Below are positions 1-7,889 of a stretch of DNA of 32,000 bases, piece after piece. Position numbers and translations under genes: made by a program. The notes beneath the pieces are model-generated. The model was not told where the DNA came from. It did not search any database and saw only the letters and a list, made by a program, of their open reading frames with translations. The DNA is from an uncultured Kingella sp. (GTDB taxonomy: Bacteria > Pseudomonadota > Gammaproteobacteria > Burkholderiales > Neisseriaceae), in NCBI GenBank assembly GCA_963551505.1, contig CAUVGV010000001.1, positions 10,704 to 42,703 on the forward strand, given 5' to 3'. Position 1 is the first letter of the stretch. The number at the start of each line of letters is the position of its first letter.

Positions 1-132
1 GCGCGTGAAAACGGCTATACGCCGCGCGATGTTTATTTGGTGATCGGCGGGCAGCGCAAAGGGCGTTATGGCAAAGGGCATGAAATCGCTGTAAAGCTAG
101 GCTTAAAGGAGCAGCCCAATGGCAACCAGTAA
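1..132 (+). CDS. 3' end of an unidentified ORF (partial)
   Basis: Frame 1 is open from the window edge to TAA at 130-132 (...GKGHEIAVKLGLKEQPNGNQ*). It overlaps the ATG of the next gene by 14 nt, suggesting coupling. No recognisable motif. Confidence 0.35.
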   Translation, partial: ARENGYTPRDVYLVIGGQRKGRYGKGHEIAVKLGLKEQPNGNQ

Positions 133-409
133 AAAAGGCAGCCGCATTTTGCGCGTGTTTAAGGCTTTGGAAGCGCACCCGATTATCGGCATCAGCAATA
201 AAGAATTGGCGGTGGGGTTGGGCATATCAGCGGTTCATGTGAGCCGTGATTTGGAAGATTTAATCGCCGAAGGGCTGGTTACCCGTTTGGAAAACGGCAA
301 CTTTGCGTATAGCGTAAAAACCCTGCAAATCGCCGAGCGGTTTCGCCAGCAGCAGGAACGGCTGCAAAGCAGGATTGCCGAGATTGGCAGACGGGTTGGT
401 GTTGATTGA
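119..409 (+). CDS. Small winged-helix (MarR/IclR-like) DNA-binding regulator
   Basis: 96 aa. The segment ISNKELAVGLGISAVHVSRDLEDLIAEGLV resembles an HTH followed by a wing. It lies directly upstream of the transposition operon and of two palindromic hairpins. Confidence 0.6.
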   Translation: MATSKKGSRILRVFKALEAHPIIGISNKELAVGLGISAVHVSRDLEDLIAEGLVTRLENGNFAYSVKTLQIAERFRQQQERLQSRIAEIGRRVGVD

Positions 410-416
410 TGGATTT

Positions 417-506
417 CTAATTTCCTGACGTAAGGAAATTAGGAACGTTTGAAAAGTCCTGACGTAAGGACTTTTGGGAAATTTTGAAATGTGCCGACGT
501 TGGCAT
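417..506. promoter_or_regulatory. Cluster of three CC-(T)GACGT-GG palindromes; operator or terminator candidates upstream of the early operon
   Basis: Hairpin 417-442 is CTAATTTCCT-gacgta-AGGAAATTAG (10-bp perfect stem). Hairpin 452-475 is AAAAGTCCT-gacgta-AGGACTTTT (9-bp stem). A weaker TGCC-gacgtt-GGCA lies at 492-505. Confidence 0.4.
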
Positions 507-523
507 GTTTGGAGAGTGAAAAA

Positions 524-1393
524 ATGGAAGTATTAGACAAAGAACAAACAATGCTGGCGGATGTAACCGCCAATCAGAATTATCAAGCCGCGCATAGCCT
601 GATGGTGATGGAACAATGGGCAAACGGTGAAATTTATGACGAAGCCACATGGATTGAGCGCGGTCGCCATGCGGTTCGGCAAACAATGGAGGGAATGTTT
701 GAGCTGGGGCGTGCTTTGATTGTATTGAAAGAACACACGGAGCGCGGGAGGTTTATGGAAATTGTGAAGCGTGAGTTTGGTATTGGGCATAACGAAACCG
801 CCCGCCTAATGGCTGCCACCCAGCGCTTTGCCACCCCGCAAATGCAAAAAGCCGCGCCCAAACTGATGGATTTGGGCAAAAGCAAGCTGTTGGAACTGTT
901 GGTAGAGGAAGACGTTACCTTAATCGGGCTGGCGGAAGGCGAGGAAGTGAACGGCATGACGCTGGACGATGTGGACAGGATGACGGTGCGCGAGCTGCGC
1001 TTGGCGCTGCGCGAGAGCCGCGAGGACGCGAAAGCCAAAGATGAAGTGCTGGCGGGCAAAAATGCCAAGATTGATGAGCTGGCAGAAAAGCTGGAAAAGG
1101 CGAAAAAGAAAGGCGGCGTGAAAGAGCCTAGTCCTGCCGATGTGGGCAATGAATTGAATATGGCGGTGGGCGCGAAAGAAGTCGCCATCCGCAGCCATTT
1201 GGCGCAGCTGGGCGATTATTTCGCGCAGATGGCGGCGCATGGTGAGGCGCATGGTTTATCGCATCAGGCGCGGATGGCGGGGGTGTTGAACCAAATTATT
1301 ATGGATTGCCAGCATCTGCGCGACCAATATGGGCTGCCTGAAAGCCTAAACGATGACGGCGTGCCTGAATGGTTGCAGCCTGAAAGCGAGTAG
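524..1393 (+). CDS. Early protein, DUF3102-like (putative DNA-binding) with a coiled-coil C-terminal half
   Basis: ATG 524 follows GGAGAG at 511-516; the track start 491 is a GTG extension. The segment ELGRALIVLKEHTERGRFMEIVKREFGIGHNETARLM resembles DUF3102-type proteins as I recall them. The stop lies 5 nt before the transposase ATG. Confidence 0.6.
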   Translation: MEVLDKEQTMLADVTANQNYQAAHSLMVMEQWANGEIYDEATWIERGRHAVRQTMEGMFELGRALIVLKEHTERGRFMEIVKREFGIGHNETARLMAATQRFATPQMQKAAPKLMDLGKSKLLELLVEEDVTLIGLAEGEEVNGMTLDDVDRMTVRELRLALRESREDAKAKDEVLAGKNAKIDELAEKLEKAKKKGGVKEPSPADVGNELNMAVGAKEVAIRSHLAQLGDYFAQMAAHGEAHGLSHQARMAGVLNQIIMDCQHLRDQYGLPESLNDDGVPEWLQPESE

Positions 1394-1397
1394 CCAA

Positions 1398-3185
1398 ATG
1401 AATGCGGTGTTAAACGAGCGTTTGCACGCCATTGCCGCGCAGCTGGACACCTTGCCGCGCGGCGGCAAAACCGAGTTTATTCGGGCGCAGGCAGCCAAGC
1501 TGAATATGAGCGCGGCGACGCTTTATAAAGAGCTTGACCGTGTGCGGGTGAAACCGATGCGCAAACGCCGCGCCGATGCAGGCAAAACGGCGTTGAGCGA
1601 GCGCGATGCGCAGATGATTTCCGCGCTGCTGATGGAAACCATGCGCAAAAACGGCAAACGGTTGATGACCGTGGAAAGGGCGGTAGAGATGTTGATAGCC
1701 AATAAAGAGATTGATCCTGTGCGCATAGACAGGGAAACGGGCGAAGTGAGCACGCTGTCGGTAAGCACGATTACGCGCGGTTTGCGCAATTACAAGCTGC
1801 ACCCCGACCAGCTGTTGCAGCCTGCGCCTGTAACCCGATTGCAAAGCCTGCACCCGAACCATGTGTGGCAGATTGATGCGAGCGTGTGCGTGTTGTTTTA
1901 CCTGCCGCGCACGGGCAAGGACACGGGGCTGCGGATTATGCGCTCGGATGAGTTTTACAAAAACAAGCCGAAAAACGTGGTGAGCATTGAGCAAGATCGC
2001 GTGTGGCGGTATGTGGTAACCGACCATTGTTCAGGCTGCCTGTTTGTTTGGTATGTGTTTGGTGGCGAGAACAGCGAGAACCTGTGCGAGACCTTTATCC
2101 AAGCGATGCAGCCGAAGGCGGACAGGCTGAAAGACCCGTTTTGCGGCGTGCCCAAATGCGTGATGCTTGACCCTGGTTCGGCGAACACGGGGCATGGGTT
2201 TAAACACCTAAACAAGCAGCTGGGTGTGGAAGTCATCATCAACAAGGTGGGCAACCCCCGCGCCAAGGGGCAGGTGGAAAACGGCAACAATCTGGTGGAA
2301 ACGCTGTTTGAAAGCAGCCTGAAAATGGTGCAGGTGCAGTCTATTGACGAGCTGCAAGCCTACGCCAACCGCTGGATGCGTTATTTCAACAGCGAGCGCA
2401 AGCATAGCCGCCACGGCATGAGCCGTTATCAGGCTTGGCAGAAAATTGCCGCCGATGAGCTGTTAATCCCACCGCCTGCGGATTACTGCCGCGAGCTGGT
2501 GTTGAGTATGCCGCAGGAGCGCAAAGTGAAAGCGGAGCTGGAAATTGAGTTTGAAGGACGGCTGTTTGATGTAAGCCATGTGCCGTTTGTGCTGGTGGGC
2601 GAGAAATTGATGGTTGCCAAAAACCCGTGGAAGCAATACTCGGCGCAGGTGCGCTGCTATGACGAGACGGGCAAGGAATACTGGCTGGAAGTGCCCGAAG
2701 TGGTACGCAATGCGTTTGGTTTCCGCGAGAACGCCGCTGTGATTGGCGAAAACTACCACGCCCACGCCGACACCGCCGCGCAGAGCAACGCCAAGCAACT
2801 GGAAAAACTCGCCATGCAGGCAGACACGCTGGATGAAGCGGCGCAAAAACGCAAAGCCAAAACCCTGCCCTTCGGCGGGCGAATTGACCCATTTGCCCAT
2901 CAAGAGAAAGCGTTAGAACGCAATCAAAAAATCGGCTACGTACCCAAGCGCGGTCGGCAAATGGATTACAACCGCATGGATGTGCAGGTGGCGATGTTGA
3001 ACAAAGTGGAACTCGCCAAGATGCTCAAACCGCGCATTGAAGCGCAAGGCGGCGATTGGACGACGGCAGCACAGCGGCTGCAAGAGCTGTATCCCAACGG
3101 TGCGGCGGAAAGCGAGCTGGAAGAGGTGCTGGAACGCATCACCTACGCGCCGAAGTTGCGATTACTGACGGGGACACACGGATGA
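1398..3185 (+). CDS. MuA-like DDE transposase (rve/RNaseH-fold integrase core)
   Basis: Catalytic context WQIDAS...(D), MLDPGSAN (D), AKGQVEN (E), with an N-terminal HTH region. The internal ATG at 1398 lies just after the upstream stop at 1391-1393. The stop overlaps the next ATG (ATGA at 3182-3185). Confidence 0.9.
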   Translation: MNAVLNERLHAIAAQLDTLPRGGKTEFIRAQAAKLNMSAATLYKELDRVRVKPMRKRRADAGKTALSERDAQMISALLMETMRKNGKRLMTVERAVEMLIANKEIDPVRIDRETGEVSTLSVSTITRGLRNYKLHPDQLLQPAPVTRLQSLHPNHVWQIDASVCVLFYLPRTGKDTGLRIMRSDEFYKNKPKNVVSIEQDRVWRYVVTDHCSGCLFVWYVFGGENSENLCETFIQAMQPKADRLKDPFCGVPKCVMLDPGSANTGHGFKHLNKQLGVEVIINKVGNPRAKGQVENGNNLVETLFESSLKMVQVQSIDELQAYANRWMRYFNSERKHSRHGMSRYQAWQKIAADELLIPPPADYCRELVLSMPQERKVKAELEIEFEGRLFDVSHVPFVLVGEKLMVAKNPWKQYSAQVRCYDETGKEYWLEVPEVVRNAFGFRENAAVIGENYHAHADTAAQSNAKQLEKLAMQADTLDEAAQKRKAKTLPFGGRIDPFAHQEKALERNQKIGYVPKRGRQMDYNRMDVQVAMLNKVELAKMLKPRIEAQGGDWTTAAQRLQELYPNGAAESELEEVLERITYAPKLRLLTGTHG

Positions 3186-4324
3186 GAGCCAGCGACGTTT
3201 TAACTCAAATTGGCAAAAGCTCGCGCCAAGCGGCGGCGGAAATCGGCATCAGCAAAACCATGCTGCTTAATTTCTTAAACCACGGCAAGCCGCCGCAGCG
3301 GCGCAGCGCAACCATTTGCCAGCAGATACAAGATTATTTCCAACACAAGGGCGTGGACGTTTCAGGCTGCCTGAAACCGCCCGCCACACAGAATAAATCT
3401 AAACCCGAAAAGGACAATCAAATGCTTTTAAGAAAATCGGCTTTATCACTCGCCACACGGCAACACTTTGGCTTAACGCGCGACCCATTCCATGACGAAA
3501 TCCGCACCGCGCAAGATGTGTATTTAACCCCCGATGCGCGTTATGTGCGCGAGGCAATGTTTCAGGTGGCAACACAGGGCGGATTTATGGCGGTGGTTGG
3601 CGAAAGCGGCGCGGGCAAATCCACCCTGCGCGAAGACTTGCAAGACCGCATCAACCGCGAAAACAAGCCTGTGATTTTGATTGAGCCGTATGTGCTGGCG
3701 ATGGAGGATAACGACCAGAAAGGCAAAACGCTGAAAGCGGTGCATATCGCCGAAGCGGTGCTGGAAGCGGTATCGCCCAACACATCGCCCAAGCGCAGCC
3801 CCGAAGCGCGGTTCCGCCAAATCCACAACGCGCTGATTGAAAGCGCGAAGGCGGGCAACAAGCATGTGTTGATTATTGAAGAGGCGCACGGCTTGCCGCT
3901 GCCCACGCTGAAACACTTGAAACGCTTTTTTGAACTGAAAAACGGCTTTGAACGGCTGATTGGCATTGTGCTGATTGGGCAGACCGAGCTGGCGCAGAAG
4001 CTCTCGGAGAACAATCCGAATGTGCGCGAGGTGGTGCAACGCTGCGAAGTGGTAACGCTGCAACCGCTGACCGACGGCAAGCTGGCGGGCTATTTGAAGC
4101 ATAAGTTTGAGCGCGCGGGCGCGGATGCCAGCTGCATCTTAACCGATGATGCCATTGATGCCATCGCCGCGCGGCTGACGGTTACATCACGTGCCAGCAA
4201 AGGGCTGGAACAGCACAGCCTGCTGTATCCGCTCGCGGTAAACAATCTGGTGTCCGCCGCCATGAATGAAGCTGCGCAGCTTGGCTTTGCTAAGGTGGAC
4301 GCGGATATTGTGAAGGGGGTGTGA
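3182..4324 (+). CDS. MuB-like AAA+ transposition ATPase (target DNA activator)
   Basis: N-terminal HTH (SSRQAAAEIGISKTMLLNFLN), Walker A GESGAGKST, Walker B LIIEEAH. Immediately downstream of and coupled to the transposase. The track start 3056 is an overlap extension. Confidence 0.85.
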   Translation: MRASDVLTQIGKSSRQAAAEIGISKTMLLNFLNHGKPPQRRSATICQQIQDYFQHKGVDVSGCLKPPATQNKSKPEKDNQMLLRKSALSLATRQHFGLTRDPFHDEIRTAQDVYLTPDARYVREAMFQVATQGGFMAVVGESGAGKSTLREDLQDRINRENKPVILIEPYVLAMEDNDQKGKTLKAVHIAEAVLEAVSPNTSPKRSPEARFRQIHNALIESAKAGNKHVLIIEEAHGLPLPTLKHLKRFFELKNGFERLIGIVLIGQTELAQKLSENNPNVREVVQRCEVVTLQPLTDGKLAGYLKHKFERAGADASCILTDDAIDAIAARLTVTSRASKGLEQHSLLYPLAVNNLVSAAMNEAAQLGFAKVDADIVKGV

Positions 4325-4325
4325 G

Positions 4326-4658
4326 ATGAGAAGCTACACATTGGGCGAATTGTGCTCGGCGGCATTTGCCAGCGCAGGTGTGTTTTTCTACCTTGGCACA
4401 ATGGCGGCGCACAGCGCACAGGCGGCGCCCGCCACGCCTGCACGACAGCCTGAAATCGTAGTTTACACCTGCGACAACCTGCACCATGCGCCGCCCGCCA
4501 GCCAATACCCCGCCGACCACGCCGCCCGCTACGCGCTGCAACGTTTGCACAATGCCTGCCAAGCACAAAGCGAAGCCTTTGCCCTAGCAAAGTTATGGCA
4601 GCAAGACCCCAGCGCAGGCGAAGTTTTAGAACCCCAGCCCGAGAAAGAACAGCTATGA
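4326..4658 (+). CDS. Hypothetical early protein with a hydrophobic, signal-like N-terminus
   Basis: 110 aa. Starts 2 nt after the MuB stop. N-terminus LCSAAFASAGVFFYLGTMAAHSAQA. ATGA overlap with the next ORF. Confidence 0.55.
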   Translation: MRSYTLGELCSAAFASAGVFFYLGTMAAHSAQAAPATPARQPEIVVYTCDNLHHAPPASQYPADHAARYALQRLHNACQAQSEAFALAKLWQQDPSAGEVLEPQPEKEQL

Positions 4659-4855
4659 GCCTGCACTATACCATTTACCTGCCCAGCCACACCCACGACC
4701 CGCTGCCGATTGGTGCGATTGATTACCGCCCCGCTGCCAACCAAGCCGTGTTGCAGTTAGACGGCAGCAAGGAAGAGACGTTTTACAGCGTCGCCGCCGC
4801 CATGAGCCGCGTGCAACGCCGCTACCCGACCGCGTTTTTGGAGGAAGGCGAATGA
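4655..4855 (+). CDS. Hypothetical early protein (66 aa)
   Basis: ATG 4655 forms an ATGA overlap with the upstream stop. Its own stop overlaps the next ATG at 4852. Confidence 0.5.
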   Translation: MSLHYTIYLPSHTHDPLPIGAIDYRPAANQAVLQLDGSKEETFYSVAAAMSRVQRRYPTAFLEEGE

Positions 4856-5061
4856 ATATCATCAAAGAGTACAGCCTAGAAATCCGCATTACGCGGCAAG
4901 ACGGCAAACTCGGCTGCGATATTACCAACCATGATGGCGTGTTGCTCTACGGTGCAATACCCGAATACAGCCACGAAAACGATGCGATTTACGCCGCGCT
5001 ACATGGCTTGGCAACGGCAAACAACTTTTCAGGCTGCCTGAAAGAAGCGGAGGCAGTATGA
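4852..5061 (+). CDS. Hypothetical early protein (69 aa)
   Basis: ATGA coupling at both ends. No recognisable motif. Confidence 0.55.
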   Translation: MNIIKEYSLEIRITRQDGKLGCDITNHDGVLLYGAIPEYSHENDAIYAALHGLATANNFSGCLKEAEAV

Positions 5062-5537
5062 AAACCCGTTGCCCCTGCTGCGGCGCAGAAAACAGCCTAG
5101 ACGCGCTGATTGCCCATGAAGGCGCACGCCAAGCGGTGTGGGCGGCGGCGCAGGTGGGCGGCGAAGTGGGCAAGCTGGCGGTGCAATACATTGCGCTGTT
5201 TCGCCCCGCTAAAACCGCGCTGACCTTTGAGCGCATGGCAAAACTGCTGGGTGAGCTGCTGCCCGATATAGAGCGCGGCGCAATCAGCCGTAATAGGCTG
5301 GAATACCCTGCCCCGCCCGAAGCATGGATTTATGGCTTTCGCGAGCTGCTGGCGCGGCGCAACGCAGGCAGCCTGAAACTGCCGCTGAAATCGCACGGCT
5401 ATCTCTACGAAGTCATCAGCGGCTGGCAGGGACAAGGCTTGCAGACCGTGCCCGCCGCACCCGAGCAAAGGCAGCCTGAAAACCCAAACAGCCAAACGCT
5501 CAACGCCGCCATGACCCTGCAAGGAATGCGCCGATGA
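5058..5537 (+). CDS. Hypothetical early protein with an N-terminal CxxC
   Basis: 159 aa beginning MKTRCPCCGAENS. Coupled at both ends. Contains two in-frame DUS copies (5366, 5469). Confidence 0.6.
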   Translation: MKTRCPCCGAENSLDALIAHEGARQAVWAAAQVGGEVGKLAVQYIALFRPAKTALTFERMAKLLGELLPDIERGAISRNRLEYPAPPEAWIYGFRELLARRNAGSLKLPLKSHGYLYEVISGWQGQGLQTVPAAPEQRQPENPNSQTLNAAMTLQGMRR

Positions 5538-5929
5538 CTGCCCCGACCAAAATGCCCGACTGGGCATACAACCAAATGATAGACGGCTTGCAAAAGCTGT
5601 TGGTGCTGCGGCTGCAAGGCTCGCCGCCTGCCGACACCATCGGCGCGCTGGCGATGGTGTGGGAGGAAGCGCTCACGCCGATAACGTGGGCATGGCAGCC
5701 TGAAACCGACGGCGCACGCTTGCCCGCAGCCTTTCGCAGGCTCATCAGCCAAGCGGAAAAATGGGCGCAGCCCGCGCAGTTGATTAAGCAGATACCGCCG
5801 CGCACCGAGCCGCCCGTATCCGCCCTGATAGGAAACAAGCGCAGCCCGCCGAGCGCAGCCGAGCGCGAACTCGCCAAGGCGCAGGTGGCGCAGATGTTGA
5901 ACCGATTAACCCGAAGCAAACGATTTTAG
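5534..5929 (+). CDS. Hypothetical early protein (131 aa)
   Basis: ATGA overlap with the upstream ORF. No motif recognised. Confidence 0.6.
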   Translation: MTAPTKMPDWAYNQMIDGLQKLLVLRLQGSPPADTIGALAMVWEEALTPITWAWQPETDGARLPAAFRRLISQAEKWAQPAQLIKQIPPRTEPPVSALIGNKRSPPSAAERELAKAQVAQMLNRLTRSKRF

Positions 5930-5938
5930 GAGAACCCT

Positions 5939-6553
5939 ATGCAAGACTTAGATTTAACCCAATACCGCCAAGACGCACGCGGCAACCTTGTGCCGATTGC
6001 CAATATCAAGCCGATTGATTTGGCGCGCGACGAGCTGGTGCAGGAGATATTTTTTGCCGTAGAAACCGCCATGCACGATTTGGAGCAGGCGCGGCGCGGC
6101 GGCATTGAAGATGTGCGCGCCTTTGTGGAGCTGGCGGCTGAAAAATACGGCGTAAAACCCAGCAAAAAAGGCAATGTAACCCTGCACAGCTTTGACGGCA
6201 GCCTGCGCGTAACCGTGGCGATGGCAGACGTTTTAACCTTTGACGAGCGGCTGGTTGCTGCCAAAGCCCTGATAGACGAGTGCCTAGCCGAGTGGACGCA
6301 AGACAGCCGCCAAGAGTTGAAAACCATTGTGCAGCAGGCGTTTGACGTAAACAAAGAAGGCAATATCAGCACCGCCAAAGTGCTTGCCCTGCGCAGCTAC
6401 AAAATTGACGACGAGAAATGGCAGCGCGCCATGAAAGCCATAGACGACAGCCTGCACACCCAAACCACACGCGAATACATCCGCATCCACAGGCGCAACG
6501 AGCAGGGCAAATATGTTCAGGTGGGCGGCGAGCTTGGCTTTAAGGCAGCCTGA
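5939..6553 (+). CDS. DUF3164-family Mu-like early protein
   Basis: The N-terminus LDLTQYRQDARGNLVPIANIKPIDLARDELV matches my memory of DUF3164 proteins of Mu-like phages. GGAG lies upstream. The stop TGA is supplied by a DUS (6543-6554). Confidence 0.7.
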   Translation: MQDLDLTQYRQDARGNLVPIANIKPIDLARDELVQEIFFAVETAMHDLEQARRGGIEDVRAFVELAAEKYGVKPSKKGNVTLHSFDGSLRVTVAMADVLTFDERLVAAKALIDECLAEWTQDSRQELKTIVQQAFDVNKEGNISTAKVLALRSYKIDDEKWQRAMKAIDDSLHTQTTREYIRIHRRNEQGKYVQVGGELGFKAA

Positions 6554-6581
6554 AATCCAATCGCCCCACAAAACCCGCAAC

Positions 6582-6606
6582 GGCGGAGCGGCAAATCCGC
6601 CCCTTT
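6582..6606 (+). terminator. Weak intrinsic terminator candidate
   Basis: GGCGGA-gcggcaaa-TCCGCC stem followed by CCTTTT. Confidence 0.3.
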
Positions 6607-6633
6607 TAAAACTTTACCAACAGGAGTAACACC

Positions 6634-6906
6634 ATGAATAAATCCGAACTGATTAAACAAATCGCCGACCGTGCAGGGCTGTCGCAAGCCAAAGCGGGCG
6701 ATGCGCTGGATGCGTTTTGCGCCAGCGTGATTGACGCCTTGGCGCAGGGCGGCGAAGTAGCCATCATCGGCTTTGGCACGTTTAGCACAGTAGAACGTGC
6801 CGAGCGCAAAGGGCGCAACCCGAAAACAGGCGAGCCGCTGACCATTGCCGCGCATCGCGTGCCGAAATTTAAAGCAGGCAAGGCGTTGAAAGACGCGGTT
6901 AAATAA
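6634..6906 (+). CDS. HU/IHF-family histone-like DNA-binding protein
   Basis: 90 aa, [11 protein letters not shown]...[44 protein letters not shown]. This is the classical HU fold signature. AGGAG lies upstream. Confidence 0.9.
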   Translation: MNKSELIKQIADRAGLSQAKAGDALDAFCASVIDALAQGGEVAIIGFGTFSTVERAERKGRNPKTGEPLTIAAHRVPKFKAGKALKDAVK

Positions 6907-6911
6907 ACCAG

Positions 6912-6954
6912 AGGCAGCCTGAAACGCATTCCCGCTTTTCAGGCTGCCTTTTTA
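6912..6954 (+). terminator. Inverted DUS pair forming an intrinsic terminator after the HU gene
   Basis: AGGCAGCCTGAA (6912-6923) and TTCAGGCTGCCT (6938-6949) form a 12-bp stem, followed by TTTTT. Confidence 0.7.
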
Positions 6955-6964
6955 GGAGCGAACG

Positions 6965-7387
6965 ATGAGCAACAACACCATTAAACCCCGTTTAATCCGC
7001 CTAATCCACATCGCCAAGCAGCAGGTAGGTATGAGCGACACCGACTATCGCGCCCTGCTGGCGAATGTGTCGCGCGGCAAGACCAGCAGCAAAGATTTAA
7101 GCCGCGAGCAGCTGGAAACCGTGCTGCGCCACATGAAAGCGCAGGGCTTTGTGGTGGCGGTGCAAACGCCCGATGGGCGCGAGCCGTATCGGAATATATC
7201 CGATCAGCAGCAAAAAATCCGCTCGCTATGGCGGGAATTGCACGAAGCGGGCGCGGTGCGAATAGCGGCGGAAAGCGCGATGTTTGCGTTTTGCAAGAAG
7301 CATGGCGGTGAGAAGTGGCATGAAGATACTGATGCTATGCGGGATATTATTGAGCGGTTAAAAAAATGGCGAGACCGTGCGACATAA
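6965..7387 (+). CDS. gemA: GemA (Mu gp16-like, DUF1018) regulatory protein
   Basis: The segment IRLIHIAKQQVGMSDTDYRALLANVSRGKTSSKDLSREQLETVLRHMK is typical of the GemA/DUF1018 family. Its position before mor matches Mu. Confidence 0.75.
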   Translation: MSNNTIKPRLIRLIHIAKQQVGMSDTDYRALLANVSRGKTSSKDLSREQLETVLRHMKAQGFVVAVQTPDGREPYRNISDQQQKIRSLWRELHEAGAVRIAAESAMFAFCKKHGGEKWHEDTDAMRDIIERLKKWRDRAT

Positions 7388-7396
7388 GGTTTTTGG

Positions 7397-7426
7397 GGCA
7401 GCTTTTCAGGCTGCCTTTGTTGTTTT
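7397..7426 (+). terminator. Intrinsic terminator after gemA
   Basis: GGCAGC-ttttcag-GCTGCC stem (contains a reverse DUS at 7405-7416) followed by the T-rich TTTGTTGTTTT. Confidence 0.55.
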
Positions 7427-7442
7427 ATAATATTGATATTAT
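7403..7442 (+). promoter_or_regulatory. Candidate promoter of mor with an overlapping AT palindrome (operator candidate)
   Basis: TATAAT at 7426-7431, with TTTTCA 17 nt upstream. The 16-bp palindrome ATAATAT-tg-ATATTAT at 7427-7442 overlaps the -10. This is the most AT-rich stretch of the prophage. Confidence 0.35.
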
Positions 7443-7483
7443 TATGATTTTTGCAACAACATTTCAAAAATGAAAGGACACGC

Positions 7484-7831
7484 ATGGCAGACAGCCGCAT
7501 CCCCGAGCTGATTGCCGATTTGGAAGACCAAGCCTGCGCCTGCCTGCTGGCGCACGTTCCCCAAATCAGCCGATGCACCGCCATCCAAATCAGCAAGCAG
7601 CTCTCGCGTCACATCACCGACAACTGGCGCGGGCAGATTATCTATTTCCCCAAAAACACAGGCGGCGAGCTGGACGAGCGCGACCAGCAAATTTGGGCGG
7701 AATTTGACGGCAGAAACCACCAGCAGCTGGCGAAAAAGTACAACCTTGCAACCCAGCAAATTTATCAAATCATCAAGCGCGCCCGCGCTGCCGATGCGCA
7801 GGCTCGGCAAAGGAGCATTTTTGATGAGTAA
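7484..7831 (+). CDS. mor: Mor/C-family transcriptional activator
   Basis: ATG 7484 follows AAAGGA with a 5-nt spacer. The C-terminal HTH-like segment HQQLAKKYNLATQQIYQIIKRAR and the size (115 aa) fit Mor-family proteins. Position after gemA matches Mu. Confidence 0.8.
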   Translation: MADSRIPELIADLEDQACACLLAHVPQISRCTAIQISKQLSRHITDNWRGQIIYFPKNTGGELDERDQQIWAEFDGRNHQQLAKKYNLATQQIYQIIKRARAADAQARQRSIFDE

Positions 7832-7859
7832 GCATTCCCCCGTTTCCCCAAACCCACAC

Positions 7860-7889
7860 GGCGCGTTTTCCCCACGCGCCGATTTTTTT
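7860..7889 (+). terminator. Intrinsic terminator after mor
   Basis: GGCGCG-ttttcccca-CGCGCC stem followed by GATTTTTTT. Confidence 0.65.

Noticed and set aside
410-523. The Mu-type left end (attL with transposase binding sites) might lie between the regulator gene and the early operon.
   Set aside because: I found no inverted similarity to the right-end interval 25898-25944. The upstream genes (1-409) are co-oriented and coupled, so they probably belong to the element and the left end is likely outside the window.
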